Assembly (NCBI GenBank): GCA_010909165.1
Contig: MU008163.1
Location: 806,001-870,000 of the forward strand
Reading direction: 5' to 3'
DNA: 64,000 nt
Source: Anthoceros angustus
Lineage: Eukaryota; Plantae; Anthocerotophyta
Shown here: positions 46,801-61,789 of the stretch, piece by piece
Layout of the letters: every line of letters starts with the position of its first letter
Position numbering within the stretch: position 1 is the stretch's first letter
Program-made: the position numbers and the translations under genes
The notes under the pieces: generated by a model
Told to the model about the DNA's origin: nothing
Seen by the model: the letters and a program-made list of their open reading frames with translations, nothing else
The model's database searches: none

Positions 46801-49800
46801 TGCCAAAAATCCTGAAGTGAGATATGCGGGGCTTCTGGCCCGTCCACCGCTCATATGGTGTGATGTTGGGAAGCTCCTTCGTGGCGGTTTTAATATAGTT
46901 GGTCAGAGAAACGGCCAAGATCCTTGTGTAAGCCAACTTGAGCAGAACGAGATATTTTCCAGAATGATCATTCACCTTTACGCAAAAGGGTTTTGGGCTG
47001 GTGTATAAGGTACGGTAAGCCGCTTGATGCCTTGGTTGTGCAAGATTCACGGAAGGAGTGACTCGTATTCTCCGTTGTCCATTCAAGGTGCCGACCAAGT
47101 CTGTGTGCCCGCTAGTGCCACATACTCCGGAAGCATTGAAGGGCTGGTCTTTGTGCTTGAGGAAGTATATGCAAGAATAGCGGCTCCATTCGTCAGAATG
47201 TCAAAAATAGGAATGACCACCGAAGAGGATGTACTCATTGGGCCCAGATGTCCGAGTGGACGACCTCAAGAAACGCTTCGCTCTTGTAGGTAAGGGTCAT
47301 TGAAAGGTAGCTGGTTCACTTGGTGTATTGAGATCTCGCAGGTGTCTAGAGATATTTTCGGGATTGGGTCCCGATACATGGTTGGACCGACAGAATTCAA
47401 GTGGCGAATGAGGTGACCAGCTCGGATTGCCATAAGAGGGAGTCGACTTGGAGAGGGTTCTTGTGGTGACTTGGGTGTCGACAAGCGGGGAAGTTGACCG
47501 GATATTGAGAAGATAGAGATCGTTGTAAGGGAGGCCATGTGCTAGGATAGTCTTGGATGGGTCACGGAATCTATGAATAAGGCGGTTACCCGAAGGTGAT
47601 GACTAAGTTGTGTTCCGTGGCTAGCTTTGACCGATGGGTTCTTGGTCATGGGGACATGCAGACTCAGTGATGAGGAGACATTCTCCATTCGACAGCGGTG
47701 GAGACGCGTTTGCACTGCCACGGCTGTGGCGCTATCGTCTCCTAAGAGAACATGTTGGTCTGCAGGTGAATCATGGTAAGATTCAAAAGCTTCTTTGCTG
47801 CTGCAGATATGCGTAGTCGCGGAATCCAGGAACCATTTGCTTTCATCTGTTCTCGTGAGTGTTAAGCATACAGCAAGAACAGAGGTTGGAGAAGCTGACT
47901 TTGTGCTTGTGTAGTGGGATTCGTTACGAGGTGCATCGCGACGGGGTTCCCCAGCAAGTTTCTTCCTGCACTCATTTTCAAAGTGCCTGTGAATACGGCA
48001 CCGCAGACGGGCCCTTGGTCCCGCGGTCGTTGTTGTTGATACCGAAAGATGGTTGAGAAAAGGGCCTTGGCTTGGAAGTTGCCGCCGCCACCTCTTCGCG
48101 CCCCCTCTTGATGGAAGAGTGCATGATGCCGGATGGGACCGGCTTGTGGCTTGTGGATCTGCTGGATTCCTCCTCGAGGAGAGCTGCAACCACCTCGGTA
48201 AGTGTGTAGTTGGGTTGTTGCCCTGCTGCCGTCGCGTTGATAGCCGCGCGAATTGCTGAATTTTGAGCGCTAATGAATGTCCTGTATGCGGGCGGCAGAG
48301 AGGTTAGGAGGGCCACTGCGGCTTGGTGTTCGGAGATAACGGTACCTCCTGAAGCTAGCTTTGCTCTAAGGGATCGGAACAAGTTCACGTGTTGTTCAAC
48401 CGTATCTGAGTCTTTCATTCTTAGTGAATAAAACTGTCTTGTTGCGTTGATTAAGGACATGCTGCTTTGGGCCTGAAACATGTCTTTGAAAGTCCTCCAG
48501 ATGGCGTTGGAAGTGGTTTGGCCACTTGTGTGGTGCATCATGCTCTTGTCAATGGCGTAAATCAGGATGCTACGGCACGCTTGTCCTTCTTGATCCAAGC
48601 CGCAACTGATCAGCTGTGGGGAGTGGTTGTGATGGAAGGTTGGGCGACAGTGCGCGACTATCCCCATGAGATCATGCTCTTCTAGCAGCAGTTGATGCAT
48701 CCGCCAGATGTCCGAGTGGGCGACCTCAAGAACAACGCTTCGCTCTTGTAGGTAAGGGTCATTGAAAGGTAGCTGGTTCACTTGGTGTATTGAGATCTCG
48801 CGGTGCAGGTGTCTAGAGATATTTTCCACAATTGGGTCCCGATACATGGTTGGACGATTCAAGTAGCGGTCTTGAGGTGACCAGCTCGGCAGTGCCATAA
48901 GAGAGTCGACTTGGAGAGGGTTCTTGTGGGCGACTTGGGTGTCGACAAGGGAAGTTGTGGATATTGAGAAGATAGAGATCGTTGTAAGGAGGCCATGTGC
49001 TAGGATAGTCTTGGATGGGTCACGGAATCTATGAATAAGGCGTGGTTACCACGAAGGTGATGACTAAGTTGTGTTCCGTGGCTAGCTTTCTGACAGGTTC
49101 TTGGTCATGCGGGGACATGCGGGACTCGATGATGAGGAGACATTCTCCATTCGGCGGTGGGAGGCGTTGCGGTACACTACGGCCGCGCTATCGTCTCCTA
49201 AGAGAACATGTTGGTCGGTGAATCATGGTAAGATTCAAAAGCTTCTTTGCTGCGGATGCGTAGTCAGCGGAATCCAGAACCATTTGCTTTCATCTCTCGT
49301 GAGTGTTAAGCATAGCAAGAACAGAGGTTGGAGAAGCGACTTTGTGCTTGTGTAGTGGGATTCGTTACGAGGTGCATCGCGACGGGTTCCCAGCAAGTTT
49401 CTTCACACTCATTTTCAAAGTGCCTGTGAATACGGCACCGCACGGGCCCTTGGTCCCGTCGAGGTTGCTTGTTGATCGAAAGATGGTTGAGAAAAGGGCC
49501 TTCGCTTGAAGTTGCATGCCGCCACCTCTTCGCGCGCGTCCTCTTGATGGAAGAGTGCATGATCTTTGGATGGGGGCTTGTGGCTTGTGGATCTGCTGGA
49601 TTCCTCCTCGAGGAGAGCTGCAACCACCTCGTAAGTGTGTAGTTGGGTTGTTGCCCCTGCCGCGTTGATAGCCGCGGTCTTTGAGCGCTAATGAATGTCC
49701 TGTGCGGGCGGAGAGGTTAGGAGGGCCACTGCGGCTTGGTGTTCGGAGATAACGGTACCTCCTGAAGCTAGCTTTGCTCTAAGGGATCGGAACAAGTTCA

Positions 49801-50978
49801 CGTGTTGTTCAACCGTATCTGAGTCTTTCATTCTTAGTGAATAAAACTGTCTTGTTGCGTTGATTAAGGACATGCCGCTTTGGGCACGAAACATGTCTTT
49901 GAAAGTCCTCCGGATGGCGTTGGAAGTGGTTTGGCCACTTGTGTGGTGCATCATGCTCTTGTCAATGGCGTAAATCAGGATGCTACGGCACGCTTGTCCT
50001 TCTTGATCCAAGCCGCAACTGATCAGCTGTGGGGAGTGGTTGTGATGGAAGGTTGGGCGACAGTGCGCGACTATCCCCATGAGATCATGCTCTTCTAGCA
50101 GCAGTTGATGCATCCGCCAGATGTCGAGTCGCCTCGTGAAGCGATCTCGATCTCTAAACTCTACCTTGGTTGTATTCACAATTTGAGCCATGAGTGTACG
50201 CTGTGCAAGACGGGTGAGTTTCGTTGCAAGCAATTTGGTTGTATGCTGACCTAGCGGGTCGAAATGGGGCACTCACAGTGCTTCCGATTCATTATTTGTG
50301 CATACAGGCAAGTTGGAAATGGCGACGAGGAGTGCCTCCATCTGCGATTTGATTAGAACTATCTGGCTCTTGAGATGGTCTTCAGTGGAGGTAGCAGAGG
50401 TGCGAGGAGTTGATGAAGCCGTGCTGCTGTAGCGTGCAGGTAAGGCTGTCACTCGGTGAAGTCTTGAGGTACTTCTTGCATCTGGAAAATAGCCGGGTCT
50501 AATAACGAAGGTATCTCCGCAGTAGTCACAGGTTCTTGGTGGCGTCACTGGTCGCTCGCGGCGAGGTGTGAGGATTCGCTCGGCATTTCTGCTCGGTGCG
50601 TAACTCGCCGGGGTGCGACGCCGAGGCATGGCAGGTTGCCTAGGATCGTTGAAGCTTGCTTCCGTCGCTCCGGGTGCTCATCATTACGAGTGGCTGAAGA
50701 AAGCCAGACGCGAGGCGCGTGCGCGAAGCCGAACGGGGCAAGACTCCTCCGCTCTGATACCATAAAGTGCATACGAATTTGCGTAAAGAGAGTGTTTTGT
50801 GATTAAGGGTACTGGTACATTTATACACGTATTGGTGGTTGTAACTGTGTCTGGTAATAACTGCTGGTGAATAACTGATTAACTGTTATTAACCGATCTT
50901 AATTTACGTAATTGCCACATGTGCGAAACGTGCCCTAAACGAGTCCTGCCCAGTGTAGCCGGCGCATGGTGCACAACA
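43847..50978 (-). mobile_element. Full-length Ty1/Copia LTR retrotransposon (Copia-2) with TG..TA termini, frameshifted
   Basis: TSD AGAGT (43842-43846 and 50979-50983). LTRs 43847-44295 and 50763-50978, PBS TGGTATCAGAGC 50751-50762, PPT GAGGGGGAG 44296-44304. gag (LRMKDSDTVEQH), PR (WFLDSATTHIC), INT (HSDIWGP..), RT (HKARLVARGF, DVKTAFLYG, YVDD), RH (HARTKHVEIQHHFIR, ADLLTK). Confidence 0.93.
47247..50125. repeat. ~1.45-kb tandem duplication (gag-PR-pre-INT) inside Copia-2
   Basis: Units ~47247-48705 and ~48706-50125 are bounded by ccagatgtc(c)gagt, seen at ~47246, ~48704 and ~50115. Confidence 0.85.
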
Positions 50979-51386
50979 AGAGTCTCAGGGCGGTGGTGCC
51001 TTTCCACCGGCCAGTTTCGGTACTTTAGCAGTAGGAGCTGTCGGCTGGCTAATCCGCCACTACCATCGATACTTCCGTCTTGTGAACAGCTTAGCAACCG
51101 TTATACGTAATACATGTCCATATCCAGGCCACCTTGCGTCCAGAGGACGGTCTTTGTTTTTCTTTTTGGTGACTCCTATCTCCTACTACAGTGCTAGTGA
51201 CAAGGCGGACAGCCCACTGCTGTTTTTCATCCAGGTGCTGCATTGTGGGCTGAAGGAATAAGACGGCGTTGGCGATCTTGATCCGAAAGCTGGGCCTCCA
51301 CGGTGCTCCGCATATAAGGGCCATGCTTCTTCTTGACATGATCAGAGCACAGTTCCAGAGGTTCTGCAGAGCACAGGATATACGTC

Positions 51387-53667
51387 ATGGCTCACCAGCG
51401 CAGGATGCTCTGCCTGTTGTTGTTTGCTTGCATCAGTGCGGTGCTCAGAGTGTCAGGGGCTCCTGACAGCGACAGAATTGTGTCACTCCCGGGGCAGCCT
51501 GCAGCTCCTTTTTCACTCTACTCTGGATATGTGACCGTTGATAAGGACCACGGCAGAGCCCTGTTTTACTTCTTTGCGGAAGCAGCTAGCAATGCAAGTA
51601 GCAAGCCGCTTGTCCTCTGGCTAAATGGAGGTATCAGCATGGCTGCCCAGGCTAATGGAATCCCAGTGCCAGTCATGTAGCAGTTGGTCAATTGGACTAC
51701 CCGTAGAACTTGCAAGGGCTGAATAATTTCCAAACGTGGGTGGGTGCAGGGCCCGGATGTTCGTCCTTGGGAGGTGGTGCCTTCAGCGAGTTGGGCCCTT
51801 TTTTTCCTAACCCCGACGGCACGCCGGGGCTTATTGCCAACCCTTATTCCTGGAATCAAGGTACCACGCTCCTGCGATCAGACCATCAGGCAAGCCTGAT
51901 GTGTTGATGCGGAACCTGGACATCCTGAAGAGTGAAGTTTTATCATCACTTAACATCTCATTTCGTGCAGAGGCAAACGTCATCTTCCTGGAGAGTCCCG
52001 CTGGAGTGGGGTTCTCCTATTCCAACACCTCCTCGGATCTGTTGCTCTGGGATGATAGCAGAGTCGGTAAGCTCTACAAGGCTCCATATATCTCACATCG
52101 TGCACGAGTCTTCCAGATGCCCCACTGTATGTCTACCTGCTGCCACCTGATATCCTGAAAATGGATGAACATATCAGCCGATGATTCCCTGGCGTTTCTA
52201 AACGGCTGGATCGACAAGTTTCCAGAATACCAGGGCAGAGATTTGTACCTCGCTGGAGAAGACTACGCAGGTAACCATCTCCATTCTGCAGTTGAATGGT
52301 CTCGGCTCATGGTCACCTCAAGACGTTCACACTGACCAACCCACCAAGAGTACAACAGGACACTACATTCCAGACTTGGCAATTCGAATCATCAAGTTCA
52401 GCAAAATCCCAGCAAACTACAACTTCAACTTGAAGGGCGTTCTCGTGAGTCCTAATCCCTGCAAACCATGTCCACAGCTCGCGGCACTCTCGAGCTCCAA
52501 CCGGGGCCCGATTCATGCAAGTATTGGTAGTGCACAGCTGAAGCCCACATTTCCATTTCTTGCTGCGCAGCTTGGAAATCCGTATTTGTCTCTTCCCACG
52601 GACATGGCGGCCAATTCCAACTACACTTTTTCCCACGGCGCAATGTCCGAGCAGACGTTCGAGTCCATTATAGAAAACTGCAACGGATTCGAGGACTTCG
52701 ACTGGGCATCTGTTAATTGGAACCTCAGCGACGCCTGTATCAACGCGCTGTTTGACAGCCTTGGCGAGAGCTCAGACTTCGTCAATCCCTATGATGTGAT
52801 TGTGGATGTCTGCCTCCCCGAAGCCGCGAAGCAGGAACTCACGTTCGAGAACATCCGCTCTGTAAGAAAACTGCATCATGCTGATCAATTCCTAACTTCA
52901 GTCGCGGATGATCTTTCCCTTTCCCCAGGTCACACATATCTGGTCTGCAGCAGCAGCAGGGAATAAATCAGCGCCAAGTCAGCTTGGGAACCGACGTCTG
53001 CATTAACAACGAGGTGTTGCAATACCTGAGCCTGCGGGACGTACAGCAGGCTCTCAACGTTCCCTGGCAGGTGAGCTGGAGTCTGTGTACTGACGCAATC
53101 GGCTACAATCTCAGCGACATGAAACGCGACATGCTACCCGAGCTCGTGGAGATCATTCAGGCCGATATCCCCGTTGTGCTATTCAGGTAACCTACTGGGT
53201 CCATACACAAATTTCCTCATCCCGATGTGGCTCAACACGATCAATCTCTAACCCCGTCGGGCATGTCCCAACAGTGGAGACCAAGACGCCGTTGTCCCTT
53301 TTGTGGGAACGAGGCACCTCGGCATCAAGCTCGCCCAAGAGTTGAACCTAACTGCTTCAGATTACGGCGTTTGGTTTGTCGACAAGCAGGTGAGGATGGC
53401 ACTGGCGGCCGCAGATGACTCTCCATTTCAAATTAGCACTGCGGATGGCATGTCCTCCAGCACATGGAATGAAAGCTGACAAAGGTGATGGAAACCGGGA
53501 TGCAGGTGGCTGGATGGAGACAGAATTTCGGACCCACAAACATTCTGACCTTTGCAACCGTGAGGGGAGCAGCTCACATGGTCGCAATCAGCCAACCGGC
53601 TCGAGCGCTGCAACTGTTTGCCTCTTTCCTGGCCCACTCGCCTCTGCCCACCATGCCTCCATTTTAG
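51387..53667 (+). CDS. SCPL paralog B, 9 exons, intact frame, nucleophile motif GEDYAG (Ser to Asp)
   Basis: Exons 51387-51630, 51750-51860, 51971-52066, 52178-52270, 52359-52444, 52571-52861, 52951-53186, 53275-53389, 53506-53667. GAC at 52261-52263. SGDQD and RGAAHMV are retained. Confidence 0.92.
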
Positions 53668-53989
53668 CCCTGCCTGTCACGGTCCTATGACCTGCAAAAC
53701 GAGCGTCTCTAGACGTTCGCACTCGTTTCAAAGTCACCTACCTCGTCATGTTCCATTTACAGTAGCCAACCACCACTCCTTTCACACCTGCGAAAACGAG
53801 CTTATATGATTATTCCAGCGACAAGAACGCTGGATGCTGCTCAATTGGCTGGAGTCTTTTTCAAGGCTTAAGAAATTTATCTGTGATCTCTAATAATGAT
53901 AATAGAGTACATTAGAACAACAAGTTGAAGAATTTTATTTAAGTTTACTAAGATTTTTTTTTCTCATCATCGGACTTGATACTTGATAA

Positions 53990-54206
53990 CTTGTACCATC
54001 GTGTACCTAAGCGTACCTAATCTACTAGTACCAAGAGCATCCATTCCCTCTAGACACCCCATCTTGACAACTTGTCCCATCCTGTACCTAACTTACTTGT
54101 ACTAAGAGCATCCATTCCCTCTAGACACCTCATCCAAGTATGCTTGTACCATCATGTACCTAAGTTACTTGTTCTAAGGGCATCCATTCCCTCTAGGCAC
54201 CTCATC
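53990..54206. repeat. ~72-bp imperfect tandem repeat x3
   Basis: cttgtaccatc..tacctaa..aagagcatccattccctctagacac occurs three times. Confidence 0.85.
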
Positions 54207-54906
54207 GTTGAAGTGCAGGATGCTTAACAACAACATTACTATAAATGTGTCTCCATATATTAAAGATATAAACCCTATCTTGATATCTATTTTTTTAAGG
54301 AGTTCCTAACTTCCTAACAACTAGTCCTAGTCTCATCTTCAATCTTATCTCAAGCAAGTTCTGCAATTTCTTAATTTTCACTATAATATTATTTTTCCCT
54401 TATGGTTGTCCAGCTTGCTTAAGCTCAATCCAGAGAAGCCTCTTGTGTATTCTGCATATTCAATCCTGTAAGCAATTGGAATAAGGCGTCTTGCAAGACC
54501 TTGATGAGAACTAAAGCAAAACCCATGTATCGGCCTTCATCCATGTCCTTGCCTGTGGGCTACAACGAGATCTCCCGTCTACAGTTACAAGGCCCACAGT
54601 ACTAAATGCAGTTCAGTGTTTTCCAAGAGTCCCATTCCGGAGCAGAAGAGATAAGAGTGATTCATACTGTTGGCCAAGATCTGTTTCATAGCCGGCTCCA
54701 GCGTGTAGTCCTAGCGTGCAGAAGACGGCCTCATTCGTACATTGAAATTGACGGACATTGAAATTGCCCACCATAGGAGGTGTTTAATGGCTAATCAGCC
54801 GCTACCATCGATGCTTCCGTCCTACGAACAGCTTAGCAACCATAATAAGTAGTACATGTCCATAGCCCGTACAGAAGTGGGTCTTGTGCTTCGTTTTGGT
54901 GATTCA

Positions 54907-54993
54907 GATCTCCTATCGACAGTGCTAGTGACAAGGATCTCCTATCGACAGTGCTAGTGACAAGGATCTCCTATCGACAGTGCTAGTGACAAG
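54907..54993. repeat. Perfect 29-bp x3 tandem repeat in the upstream region of SCPL-C
   Basis: gatctcctatcgacagtgctagtgacaag at 54907, 54936 and 54965. Confidence 0.97.
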
Positions 54994-55196
54994 GCGGACA
55001 GCCCACTGCTTTTTTTCATGCAGGCGCTGCATTGTGAGCTGAAGGAACAAGACGCCGGCTGACGGCGTTGGCAACCTTGATCTGAAAGCAGGGCCTCCAC
55101 AGTGCTCCGCAGATAAGGGCCATGCTTCCTCCTCATGCTCACACCAAATGACCGCTGCACATTTTCACAGGTTCTGCAGAGCTCAGGATTCGCATC

Positions 55197-57435
55197 ATGG
55201 GTCACCAGCGCAGGATGCTCTGCCTGTTGTTGTTTGCTTGCATCAGGGCGGTGCTCAGAGTGTCAGGGGCTCCTGACAGCGACAAAATTGTTTCACTACC
55301 GGGGCAGCCTGCAGTTCCCTTTTCACTCTACTCTGGATATGTGACTGTTGATAAGGACCACGGCAGAGCCCTATTTTACTTCTTTACGGAAGCGGCTAGC
55401 AATGCAAGTAGCAAGCCGCTTGTCCTCTGGCTAAATGGAGGTATCAGCATGGCTGCCCAGGCTAATGGAATCCCAGTGCCAGTCATGTAGCATTTGATCA
55501 ATTGGACCACCTGTAGAACTTGCAAGAACTGAATAATTTCCAAACGTGGGTGCAGGGCCCGGATGTTCGTCCTTGGGAGGTGCCTTCAGCGAGCTGGGCC
55601 CCTTTTTCCCTAACCCCGATGGCACGCCGGGGCTTATTGCCAACCCTTATTCCTGGAATCAAGGTACTACACTCCTGCCATCAGACAAATGCCTGATGTG
55701 TTGATGCAGAACCTGGACATCCTGCAGAGTGAAGTTTTATGATCACTTAACATCTCATTTCGGGCAGAGGCAAACATCATCTTCCTGGAGAGTCCTGCAG
55801 GAGTAGGATTCTCCTATTCCAACACCTCCTCGGACCTGTCGGACTGGGATGAGGGCAAAATCGGTAAGCTCTCCGATGCTCCATATATTTCACATCCTGC
55901 AATAGTCCTCCACGTGCCCCACAAAAATAATACCGGCTAATACCCTGAAAAATCATGCCACTGAATACATCAGCCGAAGATTCCCTGGCTTTTCTTCTGG
56001 GCTGGCTCGAGAAGTTCCCAGAATACCAGGGCAGGGATTTCTACATCACTGGAGAAGACTACGCAGGTAACCAATCTCCATTCTCTAGTTGAATTGAGTC
56101 CCAACCCATGGTCACCTCAACCACTTTCATACTGACCAACCCAACAAGAGGACAACAGGACACTACGTTCCAGACTTAGCAGTTCTTGTCATCAATTTCA
56201 GCAAAAATCCAGGAAAGTACAACTTCAACTTGAAGGGCGTTCTCGTGAGTCCTAATCCCTGCAAACCATGCACTCTCAAGAGCTCCATCCGGGCCGCCCA
56301 ATTCATGTAACACTTTGTTGTGCACAGCTGAAGCCCACATTTCCATTTCTTGCTGCGCAGCTTGGAAATCCGTATTTGTCTGCTGCAACGGACATGGCGG
56401 CCTTTTACGACTACAGTTTTTCCCACGGCTTAATCTCCGAGCAGATATACGAATCCATTAAACAAGTCTGCAACTTCTCCAACTTTGACTATGGATCTTA
56501 TGAGTGGGGCGTCGGCGTGGATTGTGTCGTCGCGCTGTTTCACAGCGCTAACGAGACTGGAGCCTACCTCAATGCCTACGATATCGTTGGGAATATCTGC
56601 CTCCCCGAAGCCGCGCAGCAGGAATTCATGTTCGACTTCATCCGCTCTGTAAGAAACTGCAATGGCATCATTCATCAATTGCTAACCTCACTGGCAGATG
56701 GATCTTTCCCTTTCCCCAGCTTACAAATATGTTGGTTTGCAGCTGCAGCAAGGGGTGTCAAACAAGCGCCAAACCAGCTTGGGAACCGACGTCTGCATTC
56801 ACAACCAGGTGTTGCAGTACCTGAGCCTGCCCGAAGTACAGCAGGCTCTTCACGTGCCCTGGCAGGTGAGCTGGAGTATGTGCACCTTCGCAATCAGCTA
56901 CAATCTCAGCGCCTTTAAACGCGACATCCTCCCCGAGGTCGTGGAGATCATTCAAGCCGAAATCCCTGTTGTGCTGTTCAGGTAACCTACTGGGTCCATG
57001 CATAAATTTCCTCATCTCGATGTGGATCAAGACGATCAATCTGTGACCCCGTCCCGAGGGCATGCCCCAACAGTGGAGACCAGGACGTCGTTGTCCCTTT
57101 TGTGGGAACGAGGCACCTCAGCATCAAGCTCGGCAAAGACCTGAATCTGACGCCTTCAGATTACGGGGTTTGGTTTGTGGACAAGCAAGTAAGGATGAAT
57201 CAGACTGCCTTTTAAATTGGCACCGCGGATGGCATGTCAGCTGACAAAGGTGATGAAACCCGGCATGCAGGTGGCTGGATGGAGACAGACTTTCGGACCC
57301 ACTAACATCCTGACATTTGCAACCGTGAGGGAAGCAGCTCACGAGGTCCCGATCAGCCAACCGGGTCGAGCTCTGCAGCTATTTGCCTCTTTCCTGGCCC
57401 ACGCGCCTCTGCCCACCACACCTCCATTCACATGA
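55197..57435 (+). CDS. SCPL paralog C, 9 exons, intact frame, nucleophile motif GEDYAG (Ser to Asp)
   Basis: Same intron positions as paralog B. GAC at 56057-56059. SGDQD retained. The His motif reads [12 protein letters not shown]. Confidence 0.92.
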
Positions 57436-57768
57436 CCTGCAAAACGAGCAATGCAGATTTGTTTCTTGTTGCTTGAGATTTACAATTTTCACTTCACAGA
57501 TTTTATGACCTCCGTTGGTTACAAAATTTCCTACCTCCGGTAGTTATTTCAGCAACATGGTTTGGACAGAGAAAACGGATCTGCGATGTGATTACCCGCG
57601 GGCCACCTCGACCACCTTACTCTCGCTGTAATATTGCCAAATCAGGCACTTCAATATCGATTTGGAGGTGAGCTCAATATCGATTAGGAGGTGAGCTCAG
57701 TTCCGGCATGATGCTTGTCATCGGACTTCCCAGCTCAAACCAGGAACGCCTTTTGTGAGTCATAGAAA

Positions 57769-57903
57769 TGGTCACCTCAACCACGTTCACCCTGACCAAC
57801 CCACCAAGAGGACAACAGGACACTACACTCCAGACTTGGCAGTTCGAATAATCAAACACAACAAAACTCCAGGAAACTACATCTTCAACGTGACGGGCGT
57901 TCT
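57769..57903 (+). pseudogene. Orphan SCPL intron-4/exon-5 fragment
   Basis: gacaacag|GACACTACACTCCAGACTTGGCAGTTCGAATAATC (HYTPDLAVRII), closest to paralog D, with no flanking exons. Confidence 0.85.
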
Positions 57904-59084
57904 ACCCTATTGCGAAGGATATCTTTTCCCTTACTGCTTCCGGGAATCGAGCTGGTACTGAGCGTTGTGAACAGCCCTTCCGCCACACCATCATTTTAAA
58001 TTCAGATTAGGTGGCAAGTGAGCTCAGCTGCGGCGTGATACCGGGCCTTTTCTCTAACCTGAAGCCAGAGAAGCTTTTGTGCGTTCTGCTATTCAATGCA
58101 ATAAGCGCCTTGTTAGGCCTTGATGAGAACTGTAGTAGTCCCCGATGTAATGACATTCATCCATGATTCCATGTCCTTGCCTGTCTTCTAAAACGAATCT
58201 CCTATCTGGAGTTTTTAGGCCCTCATGATTACATACACTTCAGTGCTTTCCAATGCTTTCCAAGTGTCACATCACAGAGCAGAAGAGACGAGACGCACAA
58301 TGTTGGCCAAGATCTGAGACAGAGCCGGCTATCCAGAGTGCAGCATCCTGAAGACGGCCTCACGTGAATCACTTCATACAAGAGACAAGACAAAGCCATG
58401 GAAGACAAAAAAAACTGCCAAACGGGAATGTCACAAGTGGTGCCAGTGCGCCACTAGTGGGCAGTGCAAAGTGCCTGACATGTCCGAAGTGTCCGAAGAA
58501 ACTTTATATATTCGCCAGCTCCGGCACAGTCTTCGGCTCGAGGAGTGTCAACTGCCTACTCCACTACCAGAGGAGCGTCTTGTGCTTCGTTTTGGTATCC
58601 GATCTCCTATGCACAGTACTAGTGACTAAGGCGACGGGCCTACTGCGTTTTCACCCAGGTGTCGCATTGTGAGGTGAAGGAACAAGACGCTGGCTGATGA
58701 CGTTGGCAATCTTCATCTCAAAGCTGGGCCTCCACGGTGCTCCACACATAAGGGCCGTGTTCCTCACATCACATGATCACTCCTCATTTCCACAGGCCAG
58801 GTGTTACGATTCTGGACTTCCAGTTACGGCCACAGCTGATCTGGACTTCCGTTTACGGCCACAGCTGATGGGTAGGTAGGATGGTTTCTCGAAGGTTCTG
58901 CACGAGTGGCCACGTGACTTGAGCGAGCATCGTCACTACAGCCAGCAGGAGTCGAAGTGTAGACAGTGGTAGACTAGTTCACAGATATAACTTAAAAGGG
59001 CGAGAGCCCGGCTGTGTCGGAGACGCCGAGTTGGAGTAAAGCGTCCGGTGCGAACGTGTAACGTCAGAGCTCAGGATATACATC

Positions 59085-61328
<2,244 letters not shown>

Positions 61329-61508
61329 CCTTCAAAACAAGCGTTTTCTGACGTCCACTCTCCTTCAGTCCAACCTAGCATAAACTGGCTAGCAAATGCA
61401 CGAGAAGAAGAAGGACCTTGTGGACTGGATGGCAGTGACACGAAGGACATGGCTGTTTCAATGGCTCAATGAGGCTGGGACTGGTTTTCCCCTGAGCGAT
61501 GGGACAAA

Positions 61509-61789
61509 GGAATATCAGACGGGTTTGTGTCGGGAGGACGAAATTGAGGCATCCACGTTACACCTGTTATATACCGGTATACCTTGAGTTTCCAATTGAG
61601 TTTTCAGATTGGCCACGTATTTTGCTACCTACTACTATGACACAATGAGGGTGACCATTTCTTAAAGCACCAAGGGGTGGGGCAAGTTATCCACTAAGCG
61701 GTCGAACAAAGGAATATAGGCCGGGTTTTGTGTCGGGATGACGAAATTGAGGCATCCACTTTACCCGTCTTGTACCACCTTGAGTTTCC
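61509..61789. repeat. ~80-bp imperfect direct repeat (~61509-61592 and ~61710-61789)
   Basis: gtgtcggga.gacgaaattgaggcatccac...ccttgagtttcc occurs twice. Confidence 0.75.

Noticed and set aside
50751-50762. tRNA-Met gene (also 38594-38604)
   Set aside because: Only the 11-12-nt primer-binding site next to an LTR; there is no cloverleaf.
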